A stretch of DNA of 64,000 nucleotides from Candidatus Latescibacterota bacterium (lineage in GTDB: Bacteria > Latescibacterota > UBA2968 > UBA8231), in NCBI GenBank assembly GCA_965217585.1, contig OZ244561.1:2560001-2624000 (forward strand). The letters run 5' to 3'. Of the stretch, positions 9,141 through 19,424 are shown in pieces. The translations under genes and the position numbers were made by a program. Numbering within the stretch: position 1 is the first letter of the stretch; each line of letters opens with the position of its first letter. Under the pieces are notes generated by a model. It searched no databases and had not been told where the DNA came from. It saw nothing but the letters and a program-made list of their open reading frames with translations.

Positions 9141-10886
9141 GTGATAACTGGAACATCACCTCATAGAGCAGTGGCCCTGCCCGTTCTGTCCGTAGCTCTC
9201 CTCGGACTTGCGGCGGCAGGCAATGGAGAGACGATCGTCTTCGGAGGTGGCCCGGGTTCCCGCGCCTGGGATCAGGCACATTCTGACATAACGGTCATCG
9301 ATTTCGAAGCCAATCCCGGTTCCATTCAACCTTTACAGAATGATCCTGAAGAGAATATTTCCCTGAAGTTGATCGAAAGGGGGGGGCAAATAACGTCGCC
9401 AAATGCGCGCACGGTCCTCGAAGTCATCCAGAGTGAATTCGAGGACTTGTTGGACAACATGGTGGACGGCAGGAACACGGCCTTCGAAATCAAGATCCCG
9501 TCAGCCACAGGGATCATACTGAGATTTGATCTGGGCGAGCGTTTCGGAATCAACAGGATCAGATTTTTCCCCCGCGAAGGGTTTGAGGAGTTCTTCCTGA
9601 AGGGTTACCTGGTGAGGCTGAACGACGGCAGCGAGGAGCAGAAGACCGTTTCCGGAAATCCCGATCTCAGACTCTTCAAGACAGTCGAGCGCAATCTCGA
9701 CCCGGTCGTCGACCTAGCTGTGCCGCTGCAGTTCGTGCGTTTCATAGAAGTGAAACAGCTCGTTCGAGGGGAATGGGAGATCGACGAGTTTGAGATCTTC
9801 GGCGAAGGTTTCACATCTGCTGCTGCGTACACTTCGAATGTGTTCGATGAGGATCGGCCCGCCGTCTTCGGCGGTATAACGTGGGCAAAGGAGACGATAG
9901 GAGAGCCTACCAAGGTATCTGCTACCGTATCCACCCGGAGTGGCCGCACGCCGGACCCGAGCGATAACCTGGAGTGGAGCGGATGGTCTCCTCCCTATCC
10001 GGCCGGAGTCCGTACACAGATCGTATCACCTGCACCCCGCCAGTACTGGCAGTTTCGCGTTCTGTTCCAGAGCAGCGACATCCTTTCGGCAGCGACGGTC
10101 GATTCGATCGCCGTGGAGGTCTCGCCAGCGCTGGCCGATTCCGTGGTGGGGGAGGTGTGGCCCCAGGACGCCGTGATCGGGCAGGCGACCGAGCTGACCT
10201 ACTGGGTGCGCAGCTACAACAGCAGCGGCTTCGACCAACTCGACATCAAGACGCAGGCACCGGTGGAGGTCATCCGATCCGTCCAGATCGACGGGACCGA
10301 CGTGGCATGGGACAAGGAGGACACCGAAGAAGAAGACGGCGACATCGTCGGCGTCCGAATCAGCTTCCCGAGGATCACCGGTGACGACCGGCTGCTGCGC
10401 GTCGTGTTCGAGAGTATCGCGCTGCACTACAACACCGTCTTCGTCGGCAAGGTCTTCGATACCCGGAGACCGCAGAACCTGCCGCAGACGCTCGTCCCGG
10501 GAGACGTGGGCGCTGACCCCGTCGCCGAGGGCGACGACCTGTCGGTCACCACCCAGGTCGCCGACAACCGCATCCACTTCCTCGAGGTTGCCCCGGCTCC
10601 GTTTACGCCCAATGGCGATGGAGTTAACGACCAAGCCATCGTCACCTACGATATCGTTAACCTGACAGACGGTACTCCGGTGTCGGTACAAGTCTACGAC
10701 CTCGCCGGCAGCCTCAGAAGGGTGATCTACTCCGACCTCGACATCAGTGGAAGATATCAGAGAGTCTGGGACGGCGCGGACGACAACGGACAAATGCTAT
10801 CGCCGGGAGTCTACCTCGTGCGCGTGGAAGTCGCTGCAGATACAGATAAGGAGAGCAAGACTGCGATCGTGCCTTTGGTCTATTGA
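9141..10886 (+). CDS. Secreted discoidin-like + CHU_C/FlgD-tail protein (paralog 2)
   Basis: GTG 9141 after AAGGAG; FDLGERF, FGEGF, WSGWSPPY, SPAPRQY, FTPNGDGVND, VYDLAG, WDGADDNG, ends VPLVY. Confidence 0.8.
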   Translation: MITGTSPHRAVALPVLSVALLGLAAAGNGETIVFGGGPGSRAWDQAHSDITVIDFEANPGSIQPLQNDPEENISLKLIERGGQITSPNARTVLEVIQSEFEDLLDNMVDGRNTAFEIKIPSATGIILRFDLGERFGINRIRFFPREGFEEFFLKGYLVRLNDGSEEQKTVSGNPDLRLFKTVERNLDPVVDLAVPLQFVRFIEVKQLVRGEWEIDEFEIFGEGFTSAAAYTSNVFDEDRPAVFGGITWAKETIGEPTKVSATVSTRSGRTPDPSDNLEWSGWSPPYPAGVRTQIVSPAPRQYWQFRVLFQSSDILSAATVDSIAVEVSPALADSVVGEVWPQDAVIGQATELTYWVRSYNSSGFDQLDIKTQAPVEVIRSVQIDGTDVAWDKEDTEEEDGDIVGVRISFPRITGDDRLLRVVFESIALHYNTVFVGKVFDTRRPQNLPQTLVPGDVGADPVAEGDDLSVTTQVADNRIHFLEVAPAPFTPNGDGVNDQAIVTYDIVNLTDGTPVSVQVYDLAGSLRRVIYSDLDISGRYQRVWDGADDNGQMLSPGVYLVRVEVAADTDKESKTAIVPLVY

Positions 10887-10914
10887 TTTTTCGCGAAAGA
10901 TAGGGGGGAGTCAC

Positions 10915-13623
10915 ATGGTAACCGGTCATACATTCAGAGCCGCGATGCGCCCGGTCGGTACGCTGGCCATATGGTGCACCATCGTCTCGGCAATTCTGCT
11001 GCACAGTACTCGCTCGGAAGCCCAGGGTCCCGATCGCGATCGGATAAAGGGGTTTCGCCGCGGCGGCGAGCTCACGTTCGAACCGACGGGGCCCGGCGTC
11101 CTGTTCGGCGCTCTAGACCCCGCGGTCAAGAAGTGGTACGTCCCACAGGAGCTGTTTCGCGAATATCAGTGGAAGCAGTGGGAGTACAGCAACTACGCGA
11201 GAGATCACTACCAGCGCTATGTATCGACCAATCTCGAGGGGGACTACTTCTACGACATCTACGGTTCGTACATCACCAGAGGATGGCTGATCTACGACTG
11301 GAGCCAGACCCAGCCCCAGCAGGGGGGAAGCAACCTGTTCAAGACCGGACGGTTCCGGAGTTTCTTCAGCAATCTGGTCATAGCCTCCGATCAGAAGGGA
11401 CAGCACAATCTGGCCATCACCATAGGCGACGAAATCCGGTCGACCCTGACCCCGATGACCTTCTCCAAGCCGGCGTTCGACGGCATTCAGGTGGACTATC
11501 AGTCCGACAAGTACGAAGTAACGGCGCTCCTCTCGCGGATCAGCTCGCCGGGTGCCGCCGGCCCGCGAAGCCCCAATAACCAGCAGACGAGCTCGACGAC
11601 CCTGACCGGCCGACGCGCGACGACCCAGATTGGAGATTATCTCAAACTCGGTGCCAACCACGTGAGCGCCCACAACTCCTCTCAGCTCCTCGACGCCTTC
11701 GAGGGCAGCCCGCGAAGCGGTTCGATCACCTCCAGTCAGAACGCGGAGAACGTCACCCAGGTCTTCGTGCGACTCTCGGACGACTCGCCAGAGGACAACG
11801 AAGGCGGCGCCACGCTATTCGCGTGGGACATGATCATAGAGGCCGACGTCGAAACGATCGATGAAGCGGGGGATGTGAGTTTCGAGAGGGAGACCGTCCG
11901 GGCCAGCGAAGTCGGGCTGATTCCCGCGCCCCAGGGCGGCTTTCAGAGGCTGGGGTTCTGGGAGGCGAACGGCTCCGAGCAGATCGAACTGGTCTACGAC
12001 TTCTCGGTGGCGACGTACACAGGCCCGGATCCGTCAGAGATAAGAATGGTGACATTCGAGCTGGTAGTCGCCAACGACTACAGAATCGAGATGACCTCGG
12101 ACCGCCAGTTCGACAGGCAGTTGGCCAACGTCTACCTGCTGGCTGCCAGAGCCGATGAAAACGTCAAGGATGGCTCCAACCTGACAGTCCTGAAGATCCC
12201 GTATGGTCTGCCGACGGCCACCGAGATATTCGGATTTACGCTGGAGGCGACCCGCCTCTGGGGATTCGACTTGTACGGAGAATGGGACCGCAGCGTGAGT
12301 TACAGGAAGTACCCCAACAGGGCGCACACCAAGCACCTAGGGGCCTCTGACCAAGGCGATGGCTGGATGTTGAATCTATCGAAGATCGCCCATCCGTTCT
12401 TCTTCTTCAGCGAAGCCTACAGCATGGCCCACAACTACAACACCAGCGCCATACTGGCCAGGGGCGAGACCAACATAGACTACTCGGACGAGGGGAGGTT
12501 CTTCTACGAGCTCGTCGACGACAACGACGATCAGGACCGATTCCCCGACTGGCAGAGGATATTCCAAAACATAGACATCGAGGTGTTTCCCGGGTACGAC
12601 GAAAACCTCGACTTCATATCCGATTTCAACCAGAACGACAGCGAAGACCTTCCCAATCTCGTCCCGGACTACGACGAGCCGTTCTTGAGATACGGAACAG
12701 ACAGGCCGGAGTACTTGTTCGGATTAGACATGAACAACAACATCTGGGTAGATCGGTTCGAAAACGACGATGAGCCGGATTTTCCCTACCCGAGGGACCA
12801 CAAAGGATACAACATCTACGGCGGCGTCGACCTGCTTCCGGGCATCAGGCTGACCGTCGGACGAACGGATGAGAGGCTGATTGCAGGTGACGGGGAGAAC
12901 ACGACTAACTACGTGCTCTTCGCCCTGGAACGGGACTATCCGGGTCTTGGAAGGCTGACGATCTACGAGAACTTCAGAATCGCGCAGGACAACATCGAGA
13001 ACGATCTTCGCCAGTGGAACGAGTTCGAGAGGCGGAACGTTCCAACCGTCGATCCCCTGGCGGCTCAGGACACGTGGATAAACTCCACGTTCATGAGCTT
13101 CAAGTACACCAAGATCGAGGATGTGAATTTCGTAAGTAAGTTCAAATACGATCGCTGGCACCAGAACGAACGACAGCCCGATCTGCGCGAGGACTACACC
13201 TTCTTCGGTCTCATCAACAAGGTGGACCTCGAGCGCAAGGTCGCCTATGTCGATCTTATGCCGAGAATAAAGAACGAGCTCAGGCTGGAGGCTCCGGCGC
13301 TCAGGTCTGATCCCGAGCGCAGGGAAGACACGCTGCAACTCTCCCTGCTGGCGCGATGGCCGCTGTTCTCTTCTTCCACCATGCAGGCCGGTGTGGAGTA
13401 CACGATCTTCAACCAGCTGCGCAAATCGGAGACCGCGGCCAAGGAGGGACTGCTCGACGATTTCACCGAGATCGTCGGAGCGGTGCAGTTCTCGAACGTC
13501 ACCAATTACTTGGGTTACCGGCTGTTGACGAACATGGGTATGAGATTGACCAGAAGATCGATAGATGACGAGACCGAGACGGGCAGCGTGTCCTTTGCCA
13601 CGATGTACGCCGGTCTAGATTAG
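10915..13623 (+). CDS. Large secreted/outer-membrane protein with an acidic Ca-binding-like repeat region and a C-terminal amphipathic beta-strand region
   Basis: GGGGAG RBS; signal peptide; VDDNDDQDRFPDW/DENLDFISDFNQND/DMNNN..DRFENDDEPD segment; alternating beta-strands ending FATMYAGLD. Confidence 0.65.
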   Translation: MVTGHTFRAAMRPVGTLAIWCTIVSAILLHSTRSEAQGPDRDRIKGFRRGGELTFEPTGPGVLFGALDPAVKKWYVPQELFREYQWKQWEYSNYARDHYQRYVSTNLEGDYFYDIYGSYITRGWLIYDWSQTQPQQGGSNLFKTGRFRSFFSNLVIASDQKGQHNLAITIGDEIRSTLTPMTFSKPAFDGIQVDYQSDKYEVTALLSRISSPGAAGPRSPNNQQTSSTTLTGRRATTQIGDYLKLGANHVSAHNSSQLLDAFEGSPRSGSITSSQNAENVTQVFVRLSDDSPEDNEGGATLFAWDMIIEADVETIDEAGDVSFERETVRASEVGLIPAPQGGFQRLGFWEANGSEQIELVYDFSVATYTGPDPSEIRMVTFELVVANDYRIEMTSDRQFDRQLANVYLLAARADENVKDGSNLTVLKIPYGLPTATEIFGFTLEATRLWGFDLYGEWDRSVSYRKYPNRAHTKHLGASDQGDGWMLNLSKIAHPFFFFSEAYSMAHNYNTSAILARGETNIDYSDEGRFFYELVDDNDDQDRFPDWQRIFQNIDIEVFPGYDENLDFISDFNQNDSEDLPNLVPDYDEPFLRYGTDRPEYLFGLDMNNNIWVDRFENDDEPDFPYPRDHKGYNIYGGVDLLPGIRLTVGRTDERLIAGDGENTTNYVLFALERDYPGLGRLTIYENFRIAQDNIENDLRQWNEFERRNVPTVDPLAAQDTWINSTFMSFKYTKIEDVNFVSKFKYDRWHQNERQPDLREDYTFFGLINKVDLERKVAYVDLMPRIKNELRLEAPALRSDPERREDTLQLSLLARWPLFSSSTMQAGVEYTIFNQLRKSETAAKEGLLDDFTEIVGAVQFSNVTNYLGYRLLTNMGMRLTRRSIDDETETGSVSFATMYAGLD

Positions 13624-13655
13624 GACATAGACGCGAGCTTGAGTGGAGGTGTACG

Positions 13656-15317
13656 ATGCGCGCTTTTTCTATCTCCTACGGAGCGCTAGGCAGCCTAGCG
13701 CTCCTTTTAATTTGCACAGGCTGCGGACCGCAGGATGAAAATCCCACGGTCGCGGAGGTTGGAGACCAGACGATCACTGTACAGGACGTGCGGGATTTCC
13801 TCGCCAAACTGCCCGAGCACGCCAAGGGCGAGGAGGCCTGGAAGGTGCCGTTGAGAGACCATCTGCAGACCATGATCGACATAGAACTGCTGCTGATGGA
13901 AGCCCGAAGCCAAGGCCTCGAGAGGAGTTCCGCCTACCTGACCAGGATGATCCGGATCAGGAAGGCGAAGCTCGTCAGTGAGTACGAGCGAAGAACGATC
14001 GACGCAACGGTAGAAGACGGTGACGTAGAAGAGTACATAGACCGGGAGGGGCTCGCCCGCGCTGTCAGACTAGGCGACATCCTGGTCGCCGACCTCGAGA
14101 CGGCAGAGAAGGCCGCGAGGGAGATCGAGGGAGGTGCGAGCTTCGCGGACGTCGCGAGGAAGCTGTCGATGAACGAAGAGACCGCTGCCCGGGGCGGGGA
14201 CACAGGCCGGTTCTCCACCAGGTACGAGATGATTCCCGGCCTCGCCGAGAAGCTGTTCGGGCTCGCGGTAGGTTCGGTGTCGGATCCGGTTCGAATCGGT
14301 AATCGATACGCCGTCTTCAAGATCCTCGATGAGACGACCGTTCAGTTCAATCCGCGGCAGCGGATAAAAATCGCTGAAGAACTCCAGCGAAAGAAGCATG
14401 GAATCGCGAAGGCCGAGCTGGTGGCGGAATTGAGGGATAAATACCGCCTCGAGCCGGTCCGAGACGGCATAGCCGCTGCCGTTGAGGCACTGCGCCCCGG
14501 TGCGGCGGACGTCGGCCACGACCCCTCTGCGATCGCACTCTACCAGTACGACGGCGGAGAGATTACCGCTGCCGACCTCATCGGCGCGGCCAAAAGCCGC
14601 AAGGGCAATGTCCTGGAGACACTCCGCGACGCCGAGCAGGTGGTCTCCTTCGCCGAGCAGTACATCGTCCCGGACATGATGATTCAGGAGGCGGCTGTGC
14701 ACCAGGGGATCGATCGCGAAGAGGAGGTGGCCCGATGGCTCGAAGAGCAGGGAAAGCAGTTGTTGGTACGGGTCCTCAGGTCCAAGGTGTTAACGGAGAG
14801 AGTGACTATCGCGGAAGACGACCTGCGCCAGTACTACGAGGCCAACGCTGAGAGATTCCTGCATCCCGAACAGACCGAGGTGCAGGAGATCCTCGTAAGA
14901 ACAGAAATAGAAGCACTGTGGTTGAAAGGGATGATCGAGGACGGCGCCGCCTTTGGCGACCTGGCGAGGAGACATTCGGTTCGATCGCTCGAGGTGCGTG
15001 ATGACGAAGGTCGATTCCACGTGCACCGTTACGAATCACCCCAGTTCGGCGGTTTCGTGGAAGCTGCGGTCGAAGCCGAAATCGGCGAGCTCACGGGACC
15101 GGTCAAGGTGCAGGAGGGCTACTCCATCTTCAAGGTGCTCTCCCGGGAACGCAAGCGCGAGACCTTCGCCGAAGCTGAGATGAGGGTCAGATCTCAGCTC
15201 AGACGCCAGAGACACCGGAACGCGTTCAACGAGTACATGGAGGAACTGCGCAGCCGCTACGAGTCAGAGGTGTCAACCCACGAGGACAGGCTCGAGGCAG
15301 CGTTTACCGTACCGTAG
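13656..15317 (+). CDS. PpiC/parvulin-type peptidyl-prolyl isomerase lipoprotein (SurA/PrsA-like, two rotamase domains)
   Basis: GGAGG RBS; lipobox ICTGC; ILV..A..IEGGASFADVARKLS..GGDTG and EILV..GAAFGDLARRHS; GPVK..GYSIFKV. Confidence 0.85.
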   Translation: MRAFSISYGALGSLALLLICTGCGPQDENPTVAEVGDQTITVQDVRDFLAKLPEHAKGEEAWKVPLRDHLQTMIDIELLLMEARSQGLERSSAYLTRMIRIRKAKLVSEYERRTIDATVEDGDVEEYIDREGLARAVRLGDILVADLETAEKAAREIEGGASFADVARKLSMNEETAARGGDTGRFSTRYEMIPGLAEKLFGLAVGSVSDPVRIGNRYAVFKILDETTVQFNPRQRIKIAEELQRKKHGIAKAELVAELRDKYRLEPVRDGIAAAVEALRPGAADVGHDPSAIALYQYDGGEITAADLIGAAKSRKGNVLETLRDAEQVVSFAEQYIVPDMMIQEAAVHQGIDREEEVARWLEEQGKQLLVRVLRSKVLTERVTIAEDDLRQYYEANAERFLHPEQTEVQEILVRTEIEALWLKGMIEDGAAFGDLARRHSVRSLEVRDDEGRFHVHRYESPQFGGFVEAAVEAEIGELTGPVKVQEGYSIFKVLSRERKRETFAEAEMRVRSQLRRQRHRNAFNEYMEELRSRYESEVSTHEDRLEAAFTVP

Positions 15318-15438
15318 TTGTGAGATACGCGAACTTTGTTTAGTTTGCCGCCGTAGCGGTGTTCTCGGTAGCGTGAATGGGTTGAGTGGGACGGAGAAAT
15401 ACCAGAAAACACCGTCCAGAATCCATTGAGGTCTAACT

Positions 15439-17073
15439 ATGGGTATCGACACCTACACCGTGAACCACTGGAACGAGGCGACGCACGTACACGAGCCCTC
15501 GATCCTTACCATAGAGCAGGACTTCACCTTCGACGCGCTCGGGTTCGTCGTGCTGCCGCAACTCCTCAGCCAGGCCGAGCTGTCCGCGTGCCGCGACAGC
15601 GGCGATGGGCTGGGCGATCTCTGCAGCGAGGCCGGCGCCGTCGGACGCTACGTGCGCGAGCTGTGCGGCGATGGCTTTCGCCAGGACGGCCTTGCGAGGC
15701 ACGTCCCTGCCGCCGCCGCAGGAGGGTACGACGAAGCCTCGCTGCCACTGGAAGGCGGGGTGCACACGCTGGACCGGGCGTACATCAACCTAGCGGGGTG
15801 GAATGGCCGCAACGCCGACGGAACTCAGCTCCCGCGGGCCGGCGGCGCCTGGGAAGAGGTCCGCATCCGGCAGTGCCAGGGGCTGGTGGTGGCCATCGCC
15901 CTCACGGACTCCGCAGAAGGCAAGTGCCCGCTGGTGGTCGTGCCCTCCTCGCACAAGAGCGGGCTGCCTGCCCCACCGCTTCCATCCTCCAGCCGCTTCG
16001 CCGAGCGCCCGGCGCTGGCGGCGGGCGACGTGCTGCTGTGCGCCGCCAGCACGCTGCACGGGGTCTGCCCGCAGGGTGATGAGGGCGAGCTACTCGTGGT
16101 AAATTTCATCTCGCGCACGGCTCGGCCACAGGGGCCACCTGACCAGCAGGACCAGCAGCCCCTGCCCGCATGGGCGGAAGGGCTGGGCGAGGCCGAGCAA
16201 ACCGTGCTGGCGGGCGGCGACTCGCGTCGCCTGCTCCTATCGGACGGCACTACCACCTGGCTTACCTCCGCCGCCGATGCCGACGCGGCGCAGAGGGCCT
16301 CCTCTGCCATCGAGTTCGAACGCCGAGATGATCATGCCGAGCGCTGGGCGTTTGACACCCAGGGCTTCCTGTTGGTCGAGGGCGTCATGGACGATGATTG
16401 GGTCGATGCGGCCGTGGCGGGCATCGACGCCAACCTCGACCGTCTGGTGTACCGGGGCGCAGGCGACAAGCTTGACGGGGACGTGACGCTTGCCGACATC
16501 CCTGGGGCGCCGACGATCTCGGGCACGGGCCGGCCGGACCTGAAGGACTTGTTTCAGCTACCGGCGCCGCACAATGCGCCTTTCCTCAAAATGCTGGCGC
16601 ATCCGGCCGTCATCCAGCGCCTGAACTGGATGATTGGACCAGGGTACAGGGTAACTCAGAACACGGCCCTGGGCCACGTCAAAGGCTCGAGCGGGCAGAT
16701 GCTGCACTCGGGGAACGCCAACCCGACCTGCATCGGCAAGCACTACGAGATGGTAAACGGGCGCGTGCACACGAGGTCGGGCATCAACGTCGCCTGGCAG
16801 CTCACCGACGTCGGGCCCGACGATGGCGGATTTGTCGTAGTGCCGGGCAGTCACAAATCGTGCTACCCCTTGCCGCATTCGGTGCGGGTCTGCAACGAGC
16901 GCGCGCCGATCCGCCACATTCCAATGCGTCGCGGGTCTGTTCTCTTCTTTTTGGGAGGGACGGTCTGTCACGGGGCGTACCGCTGGGAGGCTGAGTCACC
17001 GAGGCGGACAGCGCTCTTCACGTACGGGCACGACGGCCGGCACCCTTTTGCATGGCCCTCGAGCAAACTGTGA
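15439..17073 (+). CDS. Phytanoyl-CoA dioxygenase (PhyH) family Fe/2OG enzyme with two tandem domains
   Basis: Twice FDxxGF(V/L) and VVPxSHKS; C-terminal domain has VAWQLTDVGPDDGGFVVVPGSHK, CHGA..W and RRT. Confidence 0.8.
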   Translation: MGIDTYTVNHWNEATHVHEPSILTIEQDFTFDALGFVVLPQLLSQAELSACRDSGDGLGDLCSEAGAVGRYVRELCGDGFRQDGLARHVPAAAAGGYDEASLPLEGGVHTLDRAYINLAGWNGRNADGTQLPRAGGAWEEVRIRQCQGLVVAIALTDSAEGKCPLVVVPSSHKSGLPAPPLPSSSRFAERPALAAGDVLLCAASTLHGVCPQGDEGELLVVNFISRTARPQGPPDQQDQQPLPAWAEGLGEAEQTVLAGGDSRRLLLSDGTTTWLTSAADADAAQRASSAIEFERRDDHAERWAFDTQGFLLVEGVMDDDWVDAAVAGIDANLDRLVYRGAGDKLDGDVTLADIPGAPTISGTGRPDLKDLFQLPAPHNAPFLKMLAHPAVIQRLNWMIGPGYRVTQNTALGHVKGSSGQMLHSGNANPTCIGKHYEMVNGRVHTRSGINVAWQLTDVGPDDGGFVVVPGSHKSCYPLPHSVRVCNERAPIRHIPMRRGSVLFFLGGTVCHGAYRWEAESPRRTALFTYGHDGRHPFAWPSSKL

Positions 17074-17102
17074 GCTCCTGGCGCCCAATGCCCGCGGCCT
17101 TG

Positions 17103-19388
17103 ATGAAACCCAAACATCTGTGCTGCGCCGTGCTGGCGCTCGCTGCGGCTGCTCCGCTCAATGCCGAGGAATTGCGCTTCGACAACGCCGCCCAGTGGCG
17201 CCAGTGGACCCTGCCCCTGGGGATCGTCGAACTGACGCCCCAGGGGGTCGTCCGCCCTTCGCCGGTTCGCAAAAACATCAATGCCGCACTCGATGCCCTA
17301 GACCATGGCGGGGGCATCCGCGGCGTCGGGTCCAACCGCGCCACTGCGGCCCTGGTCTTCGACGGCGACCCTGCGACCGGCTGGCAGCCCGCCTCGGGCG
17401 ACCTGGAAGAGACGGGCTGGATCGAGGTGGATCTGGGCCGCGGCGTCCCGGCCAGCCGCGTCTCCCTGGTCTTCGACGGCGCCGCACCCCCTTTCGAGAT
17501 TTTCAACCTGCTGCTGTCCACAGGGGAACAGTTCGTCGACGATGCCAGAGTCCCGGTCCCCGGCACCCTGACCTACCGCATCGCCGAGCGCTTCGGCGCA
17601 AACAGCGCCCACCGCATCGACTTCGCCATTCCCGCCATACCCCCGACGCCGATCCAGTTCGTGCGCTTTGAAGCGCTCAAGGCCGCGCCCGATGCGCGGC
17701 TGGTCGAAATCGAAGTGGAAGCCCTAGGCGACAACCTGGTCTCGGGTTTGCGCGAGCGGGGCGGGGGCGTCGAGATCATCATCGGCACCAGCCGCACAGA
17801 TTTCGAAGCCGCGACGCTGACCAATGCCCTGCGGCTGATCGACGGCCGAATCAACACCTACTGGCGCAGCGGCCGAGTCCCGCGCGCCTCCGACGATGTC
17901 TGGGCCTGGATCATCCTGGACCTGGGCGCCGTCTACTGGGTCGACCAGGTGCACCACATCGGCCATATCGATCGCGGGCGGCATTTCAATATGAACTTCC
18001 ACGAGATGATGACCTCGGACGGCTCGCTGGCCGCGGACGGCTCGCTGCGCTGGACCAAGCACTTTTCCGGCGTCCTGCCGTGGACCATCCGCCGCCAAGG
18101 CATGATTGCGCACCGCTTCGCCCCCATCCCCACGCGCTTCGTGCGCATCCTCTTCAAGACCTGGGACGCCCAGTGTACCACCGCATCCGGCACTGGCGCG
18201 TCCGGTTGCTACTCCAATGGCCACACTGCGGAGATCATGGTCTTCAGCGAGGGTTTTCCGCGCGAGGTGCGCTTCCATTCCCCCATCCTCGATCTCGAGG
18301 GCCGGAAGAATGTCAATGCCCTCCGCTGGGCCGCCGATGTGCCCTCCGGCACCCGGCTCGAGCTGCGCAGCCGCTCGGGCGACGAACTGGAGCAGCTTTT
18401 CACCTTCTACGACAAGAATCTCAAAGAAGTCACCGAAAAGAGGTGGGACAAGCTCATTCCCTCTTTCCGCGGCCCCATCGATACTACCACTGCGGCCGGC
18501 GGCGACTGGAGTCCCTGGAGCAATATCTACGCGGCCTCCGGCCAGACCTTCCTCTCGCCCTCACTCAGGCGCTTCGTCCAGCTCGACGCGCGTCTGGTGA
18601 GCGACTCCCCCCTGCGGGCACCCTCCCTGGACTGGGTGAGCCTGGACTTCGCCGATCCCATCGCCGAACGCGTCAGCGCCGAGGTCTACCCCTTCCAGGT
18701 CGAGCCGGGCACCATGGTGACCTTTTCCTACTGGCTGCGCGCCCCTGCTACTCGCGAAGGCTTTGACCGGCTGGCCATAGAGGCCTCCACGCCCCTGCGC
18801 TTTGTCGACACCCGCCTCGATGGCGCGCCCATCGAGGTCCAGGCGAGAGAGGACAGCGCCGGCTTCCGTTTGCAGTTCCCCCGCCGGGTGCAGAGCGGCG
18901 AACTGGTGGAGATGCGCTTTGAGGCCGCCGCTTTCCTGCAGGCCACGCGTTTTGACCTCTTTCTCGAAGACAGCCGGCTGGGCCCGGACGTGCGCCAGCG
19001 GGTCGAACCGGGTGACGCCAACCCACAGGTCGAAAGCAGTACCAATATCGTCGAGTTGCCCCTGGACCGCGCCCTCTTCGCCCATCTCTCCGTGTACCCC
19101 AGAGTGCTCACACCCAATGGCGACGGCATAGGTGACCGCCTCTTCATCAGCCTGAACCTGATCAACGTGCTGGAGCACAGACCGCTGAAACTGGAGCTTT
19201 TCGACCTGGCCGGCCGCCGGGTGCGCCAGGTCTCGGCACGAGCGCTGGCCGGCGCCCAGGAACTGGTCTGGGACGGGCGAGACCAATCGGGCGACCTGGT
19301 GCCGCCCGGCCACTACTTTCTACGGCTCAAAGTGGAAAGCGACGCCCGCAGCCAGAGCGTCAGCCGAATGGTGTCGATCGTCTATTGA
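17103..19388 (+). CDS. Secreted discoidin-like + CHU_C/FlgD-tail protein (paralog 3)
   Basis: Signal peptide MKPKHLCCAVLALAAA; FDGDPATGW, WIEVDLG, RSRSGD, WSPWS, LTPNGDGIGD, FDLAGR, WDGRDQSG.LVPPG, ends VSIVY. Confidence 0.8.
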   Translation: MKPKHLCCAVLALAAAAPLNAEELRFDNAAQWRQWTLPLGIVELTPQGVVRPSPVRKNINAALDALDHGGGIRGVGSNRATAALVFDGDPATGWQPASGDLEETGWIEVDLGRGVPASRVSLVFDGAAPPFEIFNLLLSTGEQFVDDARVPVPGTLTYRIAERFGANSAHRIDFAIPAIPPTPIQFVRFEALKAAPDARLVEIEVEALGDNLVSGLRERGGGVEIIIGTSRTDFEAATLTNALRLIDGRINTYWRSGRVPRASDDVWAWIILDLGAVYWVDQVHHIGHIDRGRHFNMNFHEMMTSDGSLAADGSLRWTKHFSGVLPWTIRRQGMIAHRFAPIPTRFVRILFKTWDAQCTTASGTGASGCYSNGHTAEIMVFSEGFPREVRFHSPILDLEGRKNVNALRWAADVPSGTRLELRSRSGDELEQLFTFYDKNLKEVTEKRWDKLIPSFRGPIDTTTAAGGDWSPWSNIYAASGQTFLSPSLRRFVQLDARLVSDSPLRAPSLDWVSLDFADPIAERVSAEVYPFQVEPGTMVTFSYWLRAPATREGFDRLAIEASTPLRFVDTRLDGAPIEVQAREDSAGFRLQFPRRVQSGELVEMRFEAAAFLQATRFDLFLEDSRLGPDVRQRVEPGDANPQVESSTNIVELPLDRALFAHLSVYPRVLTPNGDGIGDRLFISLNLINVLEHRPLKLELFDLAGRRVRQVSARALAGAQELVWDGRDQSGDLVPPGHYFLRLKVESDARSQSVSRMVSIVY

Positions 19389-19424
19389 AATCCCGGCGGG
19401 ACGTTGGGAATGGGAGCCGTGTTG

